DNA of 36,224 bases, from NCBI RefSeq assembly GCF_001194135.2, contig NC_068993.1, positions 13,167,380-13,203,603 on the forward strand, in the 5' to 3' direction. The notes under the pieces are model-generated. The model had not been told where the DNA came from. It did no database searches and saw nothing but the letters and a program-made list of their open reading frames with translations. Source of the stretch: Octopus bimaculoides. Taxonomy: Eukaryota. Shown one piece after another: positions 36,175-36,224 of this stretch (position 1 is the stretch's first letter; the number at the start of each line of letters is the position of its first letter). Position numbers and translations under genes: made by a program.

Positions 36175-36224
<50 letters not shown>
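35863..36224. repeat. (CAC)n, (GAT)n, (CA)n and terminal (TA)n microsatellites
   Basis: Direct reading. Confidence 0.9.

Overview
AT-rich, repeat-dense eukaryotic DNA from a draft short-read assembly with 8 N-gaps, nearly all abutting microsatellites. It is not prokaryotic: there are no operons, rRNA, tRNA genes or CRISPR arrays. The tRNA-derived SINE families and extreme (CA)/(TA)/(AAT)/(CAT) density resemble, from recollection, an octopus/coleoid cephalopod genome; this is inference, not a database result. No protein-coding gene can be supported, and almost every ORF in the track is a translation of simple repeats or Ns. The window reads as intronic or intergenic. It holds about 17 SINE copies or fragments in three families that I label A, B and C, several with target-site duplications (TSDs), plus a 3' remnant of an RTE-type LINE. 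Most notable: (1) a fold-back structure at 21.6-22.0 kb with 43-bp inverted arms enclosing head-to-head degenerate TTAGGG/CCCTAA repeats; (2) a ~285-bp copy of sequence from 26.3-26.5 kb inserted 7.3 kb away between 19-bp direct repeats; (3) a SINE-SINE-RTE chimera at 6.4-6.9 kb; (4) an unidentified 100-codon complex reading frame at 7.45-7.75 kb; (5) an ~800-bp cryptic heptamer array at 17.3-18.0 kb. I found no evidence strong enough to claim a new multi-gene system.
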